DNA from: Camelus dromedarius
Lineage: Eukaryota
Assembly (NCBI RefSeq): GCF_036321535.1
Contig: NC_087436.1
Span: forward strand, 69,752,001 to 69,816,000
Direction: 5' to 3'
DNA: 64,000 nt
The translations under genes were made by a program, and so were the position numbers. The notes below the pieces were generated by a model. That model saw nothing but the letters and a program-made list of their open reading frames with translations, ran no database searches and was not told the DNA's origin. Below are positions 26,110-38,947 of the stretch, piece by piece. The number at the start of each line of letters is the position of its first letter. The stretch's first letter is position 1.

Positions 26110-26500
26110 GGCAGTGTAACAAGAAAGACAAGCTACATTATGCTACAGTAACAAACAACCCCCAAACCTCAGTGGCTTGCAGCTACAAGATTTATGTCTC
26201 CCTTACACTACACATTCTCTGTAGGTCAGTTTAAGTTCGGTTCCGTATTGCTCTCACTCGGGAACTCAGATTGAAGGAACACATGTTGGTGAAAAAGCTA
26301 CCATCTAGAACATTGCCAGTGGCCACAGCAGAAAGAGAGAGTGGTGAATTATCTGAAAGCTTCCAGCCAGAATGACACATGCTATTTCTCACTTATATTT
26401 AATCAGCCAGAGTCAATCACTAAATTCAAGGGCTGGAAAGTAGAACTTTACATATGACCAGGAGGAGGAATGGAAATATTTGGTAGACACTACTAACAGC
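26110..26500. mobile_element. MLT1-type (ERVL-MaLR) LTR remnant
   Basis: tatgctacagtaacaaacaacccccaaacctcagtggctt...ttggtagacactactaa. Confidence 0.55.
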
Positions 26501-27134
26501 TAGCATGTGTATCCTTTGCTTCATGGACAGATGCCAGCTACAAACAGGATAAAACCTAAGCACATTTATTTGTCTTAGATAACCCTGTATGATGTGGCCT
26601 CTGACCACCTGCCATGAACATCCCATCAATTTCCCACAGGAATTCATATTCCAGTATTTCAAGCCAATAATTATGTCCCCAAAGTATCAAGCTATGTCAT
26701 GCCCCATGCATTTGCACATAATGTACACTTTGCTTGGAATTTTTCATTCCACCTACATCTGCCTGGTGAATTTCCTCTCTTTGTTCAGGGCCCAGCTTAG
26801 GGTTTTCCTGCCCTGTGAAGTTTTATCAGCCCACTCCATCCCTGTTCCACGTGTGCCATGGACTCACCTCTATTCTGTCCTCAGCAAACAACGTCACACC
26901 CATTTGTTCATATGCAACCCTCATCCATTAGACCATAAGTGCTCCGGTGCAATGTCTCTGGATTATTGATAGTGCTCGGTAAATAATGTTTGGATGAGGG
27001 AATGAAGTCATCTGCATTTGACAGAGGATACCATGATTCAGCAAAAAGAATACATCGTGAGTATTAAATGGTCATCAATAAACCAGGGAAGATTTGGGGG
27101 TAAAAAATGTAGGACAGCAAGAGATAGGCATATG

Positions 27135-27195
27135 AGCAGTAGCTGTTTATTCTTTACTGTTAAACAGCAGTAGCTGTTTATTCTTTACTGTTAAA
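27135..27195. repeat. Perfect 30-bp tandem duplication (period 31)
   Basis: agcagtagctgtttattctttactgttaaa x2 separated by c. Confidence 0.95.
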
Positions 27196-27483
27196 ATGTT
27201 TTTTCTAGGTAGCCTTTTTTTTTTTTTCAATGCAACCTGGTGATTTTAAATTGGAATGGAGAGCACACATACATGGATCAGTTTGTGAGCCTTTTTCAAA
27301 CGATCGTTATCTCCTAGAGACTTGCCCTTGGAGAATCAGATGTTTCAAGTTTCCCCTAAAGTGATTTATTAAGAATTATGACTATGGTGAGCAATTAATT
27401 TTCTCATCTAGTCACATTTACTTTCTGTCGACACCCTGGAGGTAAGTATGTAATTTGTCCTATTTTACAGAGAAGGGAACAGG

Positions 27484-30400
27484 TTCTGAGAAGTTAGTCA
27501 ACTTGCCCAAAATGACACAGGTGGTAAATGCATGAAATGAGATTCAGGTTATTAATGATGCCATTTGTGCAATAAATGTAGTAGATGTTGTGAATAAATT
27601 TATTATTTTCCTGCATTTACGATGTTCTAATAAGTCACCCCAACCTATATAGTGTTAAAGGGTTTTCCCTTCACAATGTTTTCAATCTAAAGAACACTGA
27701 TGAGTTATAAACTTCAGTTTTTATCACTTTTACAGGTGAGAGTTTGGGACTCACAAATTTTGCTGAAATTGTACTTTATAAGCAGCTGCTGTTTTTGCCA
27801 AAAATCTAGGGCCTGTGTTGGGCCTGGTGCTACATGGTAATTACAGATGTGGAAATCTTATGACCATCTTACCTACCCCAACTGGCACATGTCATTGGGT
27901 AGAATATGTTCTTGAATTCTTTGGTACTTTTGACAAAGGGAAAAAGCAGTGCATTTGTTTTCTAGGAACTTCTCCTACCAAGAATTTCCTAATATCACAG
28001 TGGAACTGCCAGAGATTTCTTCAATGCACACAATTAGCCCCAGGCCAGGTCTCCACAGTTTTTCATTTCTGGACTCATATTATATTCATCTGTGCCAAAA
28101 GAGTATTTATCTGAAGGCACATCTAGTCTTTTAATCTAAATCAGTTCTCTGAAGTACCTATAAAATATAGAACCAGGAACTTCTTTCTAACCTTCTGACA
28201 TGAAGAAATTCTATATTCCCTTACAGAATTTTATTTTCAAAATTCTACTTAGAACAAAGATTTTACTTGTTTATCCTAGCTTTCAGTAATTTCCTAGGCT
28301 TAGAAACTATGTGAAGGCCCCAGGCAAATGCAAATTGCTTGTTTCAACAAGAAAACCAATGAGCCTGCTTTCCTCACCGGGGCAAACAGTGAACATGACT
28401 GCTTAGTGAGTCTTCCCTCCCAGGGAAATCAGGATGAGTGATGACTGCAGAACGAGTGCCCAAGTAATGATCCCTACTGTCCTGGCAGCCAAACAGGCCG
28501 CGCCGCCTCGAAATCATTTCCCACTAATTGTTCCATTCACGCTGGTTTTTAGGAGAGTCATTTCAACCCAACCTAACACTTATTCAAAGTCCAGGCTTAG
28601 ACAGAGAACCCATCCTCAGACATTTGCAAACCGTTACGTAATGCTTCTTCATGGACTACTTTAGTCTCCTTCATGGAGATTAGTTGCCAATTTTGTGAAT
28701 GTTTCTTGGTAATACTTTCTCATCCATTCCTACCTTCAGGGTTAGAATTTATTTTGTAGCATTTTTAGTTAATTTATCTCCAAGATGCTATTTTTTAACC
28801 TTTGCCTGGTAAATGACAGCATAAAACATGGTATTTTCCATAATAATGTAACGTAGGCATCACAGCAGACAGGAACATATTAACAACAAATTAGATTTTG
28901 TCAACCCTTACGTATGGGTGGATGCTCAAGAAAATACAGAGGAAGAAAAACACTAGGTTCATAGCCATCAGACCCATGACAAAACAGTATTCAATTCACT
29001 AAGTGAGTTTTATAAAATGTGTACATGTATGAAACTGCAAACATTAAGGTTATGGATTAAGTGCTTAATACATTATGTGCTTTAGTGTGGTCTGGTTGTC
29101 ATGAAGAGTATTTTGAAGTTGCATAGCTCTCAGTTCAGATCTCGGCCCTGGAACTCACTAATCATATACCCTCGGGAAGATTTCAGAATCTCAGTGATCA
29201 ATATTTTATCTACCTATAAAATGAGAATATCAATATTTATTGCTCAAGGTTGTAGGATGATTAATACAATTGGGTTGGTATGCGTAAATAAAGCACTTAG
29301 TATAATACCTTGCACAATCCACATGTTATTAAGCAAGACTGTTATTCTAATTAACATCATCATTCAGAAACAGTGCTGAATGTGATGCTTTATAAAAGTT
29401 TGCAAGTAAATGTTTGCGTGTATATTATACATTTATTTATGGAAAAAGAGAGAATACAAGAGGAGGAAAATGCTCTGGAAGGTAATAGCACATACGTTCA
29501 GAAATTTGATGGGGTATCCAACCCAGTCAAGAATTTAATTTCAGAAAGAAAGTAGAATTCTTTGTAAATATTATTACTAAAATATCCAGTTAAGCAAATA
29601 ATTTATGAAAACACAATATTGGCATTTCCACAGATTTTCTTCATTTCTGAAAGCAGTCCTGATGGGGAAAGTTGTCTCTGGTTTTTTAGTTCTTGGCTTC
29701 TGCTGCCTTAAATATTTGTTTTTGCAGGTGGAAGAGCTTCTTGGAAAAGGAATAGAGAAAATCAAACTTCTTTCACTGAAATGTGACCAGAACAATAAGC
29801 ACTGTTATTAGGTGACCTTCATGGTTCGTAATCTCAGCTGAGGGCTCTTAAGCTGTGTATTGGAACAATGACCTTGGACATATTTCTTCATGTCAGAATG
29901 AGCTTCTTGAGGGCTGCTGAAGCAGAAATAAGTTGTCTGCCTTAGTATCTCTGTGAACTAAGGCAAGCCTCTGAAAATTCAGAAATTGAGAGATACTGAT
30001 TATAACAGAATATATGTCAGGGATTATATTATTCAAGACATCTGGAGAGTCTTTAACAAACGGTGAGAAGGAAATTTTAATCAAGAAGCTCATTATGTAT
30101 GTTTAATGCATCTCAAAATCAAAAGTACATGGGAAAAAACTACCCAGAGTCTTCATCCTGGGCAAACACATAAAGAATGCTTTAGAAATAAATATTTACT
30201 TTGGAAAAAGGCTTGGGTTCAATTCTGACTCGATTACTAATGAACTATGCCACCTTGGGCAAATTACTTAATCTTTCTGGGTCTCAGTTTCCTTGTAATT
30301 ATACTGATGATAATGATATTTTGCAGGTTCTTATGAGGATCAACTGAAAAAATGTATTCAGAAAACATAGCTGAGAACCTTCTATCTGGCACCAAACAAA

Positions 30401-31878
30401 TGTTAGTTTCACATATCTCTAAATACCTACATCCTCAGCATGAATGGGCACTTACATGAGATGCATCATGTCAAATACTTCTGGCCAGGGCAACAAAGCT
30501 CTGTTATTTGGATGATTAAAACATTATCCATTATGCAAAGGCATTGTTCTGCTGGAGCTGACTGTTACTGCCCCTTGAGAGGCAATCTTTAATATTTAGG
30601 AATTTTAGAAGCTAGTTGGTAAACAGTTGGTAACTTGAAATGGGCCTGGTGGGAGTACTTATACTATAGAAATTGGGAGAGACTAAAAATGAGGGGTTTT
30701 TGGTTTGCTTTTTGTTTTTTGTCAGAGATCTGGTTAACCAGCACACCACTGACTGAAAGAAAGGTTAGAATTTGAGAGAAAGAGGAATTGGTAGAACCAA
30801 GTGATCTTTTCTTAATGAAATGTTGAAATCAATATTTCAGAATTTTTTCAAACATATTTTTAATTAACAGAATGATTGATAACATATAGCCTTAGTTTTG
30901 GTTCACGGACCTCCTCTACCCAAGTGCTCTGCGGGTCTTCTGTTTCTAACATCACATTGGTTCTTTGTTTTTCACTTTTGTTCTCTTGCACCAACTGCCA
31001 GTCTTTGTAATAAAAGGTCTTTCTGTGAAATATACTTCATTCTTTCATTCATTCAACTGAAATTCTGTGTCAGACTTATGCCAGGCCCTAGGGATGTTCA
31101 AGGTGCCTATTGTCTAATGCTTAATGTAACTAACATTGAGTGCTTTTTATATAAACAATGAGCATTAATGAACTCAACAACCCTGTGAGGTTATCCCCAT
31201 TTTACAGAAAGCTAAGCTGAGCCTCAAAGAACATCTGCCTAAAATTCAAAGGCTTGCTGCTAGCAGAGTTAAAGCCAGGCAAAATGACTCCAGAATCCAT
31301 GTTCTTAACCTCAGTCCTTACACAGCCCCTCTTTGAAATGGAGACAAGTTAAAAACTGGTAACAAATGAATGCAATAAACTGGGAAGTTTTGTTAAGAGT
31401 TTTGGGAAATTAAATTTCTATAGCCCTGTTTTATTCTGGTCCTAACTGGGTACTTCACAAATGCATGTAGTGCTAAGCTCTCTGGTGTATGCTTTGCAAA
31501 ACTGCCAGGTGCTTCTTACCCTAGTGAAATCTCTATTCCCTCCCTCTGAGACTTGGTCAGAAAGGCTTTGCAATGATGTAGTGGGAGGCAAGTTTTATCA
31601 AACATTCTATGAGAAGAGAATAACCAGCAATCATTTTCCAACATGGACTCTACATGTAGGGCCTTAGGGTTTTCTTGTTTAGTCATTTTATGACCTATTA
31701 TAGAACATAATATTGGCTCTTATTCAATATACATCTAATTGTTAAAATATATAATAGTAGCAAGTCTAATGAGAAGTCTAGTTTTGGATATCAGACTATG
31801 GCCCAAGCATTCACAATTCAACACACGGTAAACGCGATGCGTTCCCAAGACTAGTGAGTTAGAGGCTATTTCTCAGAA
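27484..31878. promoter_or_regulatory. Cluster of STAT5 GAS motifs (candidate casein-locus enhancer)
   Basis: TTCnnnGAA at 27484, 27960 (TTCTAGGAA), 28145, 29738 (TTCTTGGAA), 29772, 31021, 31870 (TTCTCAGAA). Confidence 0.5.
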
Positions 31879-31999
31879 GTAATCTGCTCTCCGCAGTGAT
31901 TCAGAGCTGGCTCACTGATGAGAAATAATTAACACTTAATGAACTAGGGTCAGATCTTTAAAACATGTCACCCAGAGGTAATACTTTCATGACGAAAGC

Positions 32000-32332
32000 C
32001 TTGGTAACAGGTTCAGATCTCCAGGAAGCAGACTGAGGTGGAAACTAACATGTAGGAAATTTATGAGGGGACCTTGGCATTAACGCCCATGGAATGGAGG
32101 GGAAGGAAGCAGGAAGAGGCCAAGGGAGACAGAAGTCAGGCTGCTGTGTCTCAACCCCACGGGGAATTCTGGAGCTAGGATGGCCTTTAGCAGATTGGTT
32201 AGATGCTGTTTGCCGGCCTGGGAAGGGACAATACCCCTGAGGGAGGGAGGAGGGCTGCTCTACAACAGCTGGGGTGAAAAGTCTTTGGTTCCCGAATGGG
32301 GCTCCCGCTGGAGTATTGCAGCATCCACTGCA
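32000..32332 (-). mobile_element. LTR16-like ERVL LTR remnant
   Basis: Minus strand begins tgcagtggatgctg; plus-strand gggaaggaagcagga motif. Confidence 0.5.
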
Positions 32333-33129
32333 TAGACTAATGCAAAATTCTGGGGAAAAAAGTTAGAAATTGAAGGTGACTTTTTTCCCATTTTTCAGAG
32401 GACAGGATAGTGTGAATATGAGTGACTAACCGACCAACCCCAGTAATTTGGACAGAATTATTCCCAAAGTGAAGCAGGATGACAAACTTAGGTTCTAGCA
32501 GTATTTTTACTCATATCTTTCTCCATAATCTGAACACGTTACATTGAGAGACTTCCAGCACACAGTTCCCATTCATAGCATGAATTTTCATACACTTCAG
32601 ACTGATTTTTTTTTCCTATTTCTGATCCTTCTGTCTGCCAATCTAGCTCCCATTTCAGTCCTTGACTCCATAATCAGACTTGATACTTAGCCTTATTTTC
32701 CAAACCACAAAAAAATAAGTTCCCCTTTCACTGTCCAAACAGCAAGCCGAAAAAAATGTAGACATTTCTAAAACTTCTAAGATGTGGATTAAGGCATTAC
32801 AAACAGAGAAACACATAATTGCAAAAGACCACTCCCTTCAACCAAATTCTTCATGTTTGTAAATTCACCAGAAATGAGGTCACAGAGACTTAAACCAAGC
32901 TAGATGTATACTTTTTTGTTTGGAATACAGAAGACATTGCATTAACAATTTTATTGTATCATAATACTCCTATACAACAGAATGAGTTTCTAGAAAGAAG
33001 CATAATTGTAGCAAACAATATAATGTTATCAAGCACTTCAATGACTTTTAATATTTGTTAGTGCTGTGGGAAACATTGAATCTCACTATGTAAAAGTTGT
33101 CCTTGGAATTTCTGAGTCAGAACAATCAT

Positions 33130-33655
33130 CATGCAGTTGTTCAACAAATATTTGAATACCTGTTATGGGTCAGACACCCTTCCAGGCACTGAGGATGAAG
33201 TGAACAAAACAGTTTCTGCTCTAAAGAAGCCATATTCTAGTGATGGAAGGTCACTATAAAAACAAATATTTATGAATAACACTAAAAAGAATAAATAACC
33301 AAAGAAGAAAACAAATAGATCAGTTAGGAGACAGGGACACCTGCTTTGAAGAGAATTTCAATAGGGTGATATGACATGAGTTGCTGCTCCAGACTGGGTA
33401 ATGGTCTGGGAACAGCCTTTTGGGGGTGAGTCCTAAAATGAACAATGAGAAGGGGTCAGCCCGTTAGTGATCAGAGAGAGCTCATTCCAGGCACAGGGAA
33501 CAGATACAAAAGCCTCAAGGCAGGAATCAATTCAACGTGTTCAATATTCAGAAAGAAAGCTGGCATGGCTGGAGCTTGGTGAACAAGGACCAGAGTGAGA
33601 AACAGCCAAGTGAAAGAACAAAACAAGGGTCAGATCACTGAGGGCTTGATAGGTG
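33130..33655 (-). mobile_element. L2 3' end
   Basis: ttcaacaaatatttgaatacctg, ttccaggcacagggaacag, ggtcagatcactgagggctt. Confidence 0.7.
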
Positions 33656-35217
33656 GAAGGAAAGAAGAACTGGAGTGGGAGGTGAAGGAAGAAAAAGAGT
33701 AACTGGGTGGAAGAAGGCAAGCAGAAAAGAGAAGGAAGACAAGGTCGCAAATATTTTGAGCAATGAAATGTCACTGCTATGAGAAAGCATACAATCTTGT
33801 GAAGGAGGTAAAGTTTTATTGTAAAGGAATGGAAAACAAGACAATCTGCAGAATTCTGGGGGAGAACTAAGGCAGAGTGGCCGGGGCTACTAGGCTCCCT
33901 TGACGGGACACTCAGAAGAGTGAATGACCATAGCAGGGGCTTGGCGAGATGTCTGAGAAGGAGAAAGCAAGCAGTCAGCCAAAGACATTAAGCTTAAATC
34001 AAGCTCCTAGAACTCTAAGATTTTAATTAAAATAGATGTGTTCATTTCTGGAAAGTTATAGGACAGAAACCAGATTGAGGCCAAACTTTGATTGCAGTTC
34101 CAAAAAGTAGAAAGATACAGGGATGTGTATTCACAAAGAGCCAGGAACACATATAAATACTACAGAGGTTCAGTAGAAAAAGGAACCATTTCAAGTCAGG
34201 GGACAAAGGAGTGACTTTCAGAGGTGGGTGTGGTCTTGCCCAGACCTCGCCAGGCTGCACTGGAGAAGGCAAGCTTCCCTTGCCACCCCTGTGGCCCGCA
34301 CTGCAGGGAGTCACGGGAGTCACAGGCGGGCGCCGTCCTGCAGCCCAAGCCCAGCTGTGTGCTGGGTCCTCAATTACTCTGAAACTCATGTGACTTCTTT
34401 CTGAGCAAAAACTTTTCTGAAAAGTGATTTCCATTTTCATTAAAAATATCCGTATTGTCACCTTGTTTTCACTTCCATTGATTGTCATGCACTGTTCCTT
34501 GCTTGTGTCGAACAAAAGTACCCGAGCTTGTGGATCTTTTAATTACTTGTGATTCACGTACTCTGTGGCAGTAAGGTACCCATTTGTACACTTACCCTCA
34601 TCAAATATGCAAAGATATATATTTGGGGAGGGGGAATCAGGTGTATTTACTTAATTAATGGAAACTTATTTATTTCCCGTTGGGGAAAGGAAGAAGTATA
34701 TATTACTTTATTTTTCTCACTACCTCTATTCCTGAACAAACTACTCCTGGAAATTATACTCTATAGTCATAATTCACATGCACATACCTACAAATCTTAA
34801 ATATTATAAAATTAGACTCATTTAATCGAGCCAGAGCCACAGTGGACACGTGATAATTAATATCCAGTAATATACACTGTTAAACAGAAGGGGGCACTTT
34901 AGCAAGTCTCATAGAAGTTAAAAGTAAACACTCTGTAGCAGAAGAGGTTTGATTAAGAGCTTGCTTATTCTCTGCATTTACTACACAGGCTACTCATGAA
35001 GTAATTGTTGGAGTCACAAAACCTATTACCTTCACTGAGATGAGATGCATTGTTCAACCTCAACAATATATTAAAATATTCACTGTCATCATTTATTATT
35101 TTTATCTGTTAATTATCCTTGGAATTGTGCTAGTCTCTCTTCTCTGGTTAGGCAGCTTGGTGCTTTAGACAGGCTACTTGATTAAGAACCAATAATAATA
35201 ATAAAATAAATTTGGTT

Positions 35218-35400
35218 GGGGGAGGTTATAGCTCAGTGGTAAAGTGCCTGCTTAGCATGCACAAGGTCCTGGGTTCAATCCCTAGTACCTCCATTAAAAA
35301 ATAAAAAAAACTACATAAATGAGTAAATAAATAAATAAACCCAATTACCCCTCCAAAAAAGAAAAAAAAATTTTTAAACTAAAAAATAAAATTAAAAAAA
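35218..35400 (+). mobile_element. Vic-1-type camelid tRNA-derived SINE
   Basis: ggggaggttaTAGCTCAGTGGtaaagtgcctgcttagcatgcacaaggtcctgGGTTCAATCCctagtacctcc (A and B boxes), then taaataaataaacccaattacc and A-rich tail. Confidence 0.85.
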
Positions 35401-38049
35401 TAATCAAAATACCTGCATACTAGCCACAATTCTGGCGATCTTTTGACAGTGGGGAAAAAAAGTCATTTCTATGAAGTCAGAAACCATGTCTGTTTTACTA
35501 ACACTAATTTCTCAGTGTCCACCAAGGACATGGACTATAGATGGTGCACAGTAAGTATCTGTTGTATGAATAAATGAATGGATGAGGTCACTAACCTTCT
35601 GTGAACTCAGGTTTCTCACTGAAACGTGGCAGTGATATATGCATCCTGCCTACCTTGATACGTAATTAGAAGTTCCTGGAAAAGTATAATTCACAAGCAA
35701 GCAATTTATTTTTATTATAAACAGTGTGAAAATTCAAAGTCGGCTCTCTTGGTGTACAGAATCTACTTCACAATGGTTCTCTGTGAGCCTCTTAATCAAT
35801 TTTCAGGTTAGCTGAACAAAAAGCAAGCAGAGGTAACATTTTGCAAGGACTAAGTTATAAGCCATTCTTGTTGCTGCTTCATCATTTATATTACTGGAAC
35901 AGAGCAAAGACATGGATAATTTCAAGGGTACATAATCCAACAGTTATATGTACTTGGCATTGATATCTGTTTTGTGCTTTTATTTGAATAAAGGGGTGTC
36001 TGGTGTCCCGGTAATTGAACTAAAACAAAATAACGAAGCCAATGACAATATCTGGTTCAGAATTTCCTCATCTTTAAGATTCCTCTGCTTAATGTCCCAG
36101 CACCTTAATCCATGCAGGCTGACATTGCTCAGTCACCGTTTTTTCTCCCCTGAATGAAGGAATCCATTTATTTAACAAATGTCAGTGGAATATCTACTGG
36201 GTGACTGACATGGGATAGAAAAATAAGTTCAACACAGTTGAGACACAGACAATATTCACACTATGATGTGAAAAGACTTAAACTAGAGCCCCTTGCTACG
36301 TTCCTTTCTACTCAGAGATACCTTGGCCTCCAGTGACACAGGGAATTGGATGCTATCAGATAGAAAAGGGTAGCCTACCTTTTTTTTCCACTTCAGTTCC
36401 AATTGCTCTTCTTAAGAATATTCAAGAAATGGAAAATAAAAGCAAAAAGGAAACAAGGATGGAAATCTCCTTCGAACTGCCTTCAGATTTGAGGAATGCA
36501 GCTAGGTGAAACGGTTCATTTTCAGAGTAATTTCCACATCGACTCTATTTGAGCTCTGTAGTACAGATCTTAACATTTTCAGTGGTTGGCCGTGACAACT
36601 TTCTGGCTCACTCAGGGGGTTAGTTGTCTAAGACCCTGGACAATGCAATAAGAAATCTCAGAAGACTGAGAGCTTATGATGTACTAAACCTAATTTGACA
36701 ATATTTAGACTAAAACAAGGTCAATCCTTGTATATACAGCATTGGGCAATTCTGAGCCATCTACCTAGTTCACCCACTCAACTAACCTACTGGATTTTCC
36801 AGGCAATAACTGGTTAGATTAACCACCTAGCTCTAGTAAAATCTGCATCAACATCTGGGGTGATCTACTTTACGAATCTAGACAGACAACTCTTCTAAAT
36901 CTTGGGAAGGTACCTTTCTAACAGATATATTGTCCTCGTGGTAGCTTCTCTGCTGTAGTAAAGAGAAGGGTCTTGTTATCTTAACTACTTTTTTGTTTCT
37001 GTGGTTTTTTTGACCAGATAACAAATGGTATAATCACTTCAGTATTAATGAGCCATGCAAGTTCTAAGTGTCTCATTCTACTAAAAAAGACAAATTCATC
37101 AAAAGGTAGTAACTTTGGTTTCCTGCATGATAAAGCCACCATTAGTTATTCAAGATTAATTAGCCAAAGGACTCTTGCACAGTGGGAATTCACTGCTAAT
37201 ACCTTGTCACAACAGTTGTGATTAGATATTTATTAGAGTGGGGTCAATATTAATAACAAAGGAAAACAAGACAAACACAAAACTGACTTGATGAAGAAAA
37301 TTTAAATAACAAGGACGTCCAGATAGTAATACTGAGTTGTATTTTGAATGCTAAAATCATATTTTAGCAAGAGAATTTTTTAAAACACGAAACATTCCCC
37401 TCCATCATCTTTAAAATCTGGACCATCATGCTTCATATTTGTTAAATTATTTTTTTCAAGCCACATAATCACGTGGAGACATACATGTCAAAGACATATA
37501 GAAATTTAACAACTTTTTAGAATTTTATTCTACAGGTAGAAGGTGATATACTGGTGTTTTTAGGGTTGAATCTAAATGAAATTAGTTCATATTTACTCAG
37601 TCCAGCATGGAAGAACTAAAGAATCTTTACTGCCCCTAATTAGGTTTTGAATTTTTATCTTTTAGACATGCCTTATGTCTAATAATTTTGTATTTTGCTC
37701 TTGAAGTAAAAATAATCACCCATTAATATTTGAATAAAGTCTTTTAAAGTTACTCTATTAGGGTATCAATTTTAAGGATGGTAAAAGAAGGAGTAGAGCA
37801 AAATTATTCTAGAGGAATTAGTCATAACCAAAGCAGAAGCCAGGAGTGACCACAGGGAAACGTTCCTCAGAGGGTAATTTAACGACATTACTGAAATTGT
37901 GGGAATCCATATACCACCTAGATGATTAGGAAAGGGGTTGTTAGCTAAGCCATTGTCTGAAACCCACTGAATCACTGGTCCCTTTGAAAAATGATTGGTC
38001 CTCCTTTTCTAAAGATGGGGTTTTAAAATTTAAGACAAGCTCCAAACAG

Positions 38050-38107
38050 CAGAGCTGAAAGACAAAAAGGACACAGACCTCGAATGAGTCTAGATTTCTC
38101 TTCAAAG
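38050..38107 (+). other. ODAM: Candidate ODAM non-coding exon 1
   Basis: TTTTAAAA at 38021, donor ttcaaag|gtaaag at 38108 (alternative gag|gtaaga at 38121); start approximate. Confidence 0.35.
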
Positions 38108-38896
38108 GTAAAGGAGGGAGGTAAGATATCAAATCTTTGCTTTCATAATTTTAAGAACACAAGTCAGTCAACTCCGCAGAATAAACTACCCAAGATCACC
38201 CTCAATGCTTGTGTATGTCACTGATTTGAACTAGGCCAGGCATTTTCACATCTGGAGGACAAGAGATGACATATTCCTATGAGTTGCACTATAAATCAGT
38301 ATTACAGTTTAATTCTATAACCTCTTTCCCTGAATTAGAAAAATATTGATTCAGTTGCTTAGTTTTAATATGTTTTAATGTTATTAGACTTTTAACTAGA
38401 AACTGTGTGGTACTGAACTGCTATTGTCAGATCTTTATTGTAGTTTTTTTACTACTACATTAAATAGACATTAAAATTGCTTTTATAATAAGGATCTAGT
38501 TCATTGATCCCCGTCATGGGCTTCCCATGGGCCAAAGGACCCACTCTCTTCAGTGTAGAACAAACAGCACAGGGGATGAGACCATCTTGTTCACACGTTC
38601 CTGTAACTACATCAAGTGCCGCCAAGTGAGTCACGTGGGCAAGCTGAAAGGACAAGCAAACAACTTTGGTTTTTATAAACAGCTGCTCTGAGAAAAAGAA
38701 TGAGTGATATTTATTTATATTTATAAACGTGACTTTTTTATTTTAAAATCCTAGTATGTAAGTAAATACTGTAGAGTTCACTCAACTACTCTTCTGATTG
38801 AACAATACCAACTAATTATTGTTATCATGATTTTTACATAGACAATCTTTTTAAAGCTAAATTTCACAACTTATTTTTTAGATATTTCATCTGAAA

Positions 38897-38947
38897 ATGA
38901 AAACTATAATTCTTCTTGGGATACTGGGAGCCACAATGTCAGCCCCG
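38897..38947 (+). CDS. ODAM: ODAM signal-peptide exon (exon starts 38882)
   Basis: [17 protein letters not shown]|gtaagt. Confidence 0.95.

Noticed and set aside
34042..34515. 157-aa minus-strand ORF
   Set aside because: No recognisable protein features; explained by local GC richness and non-ATG start calling
35218..35292. tRNA gene
   Set aside because: Followed by a SINE body and A-rich tail; it is a tRNA-derived SINE
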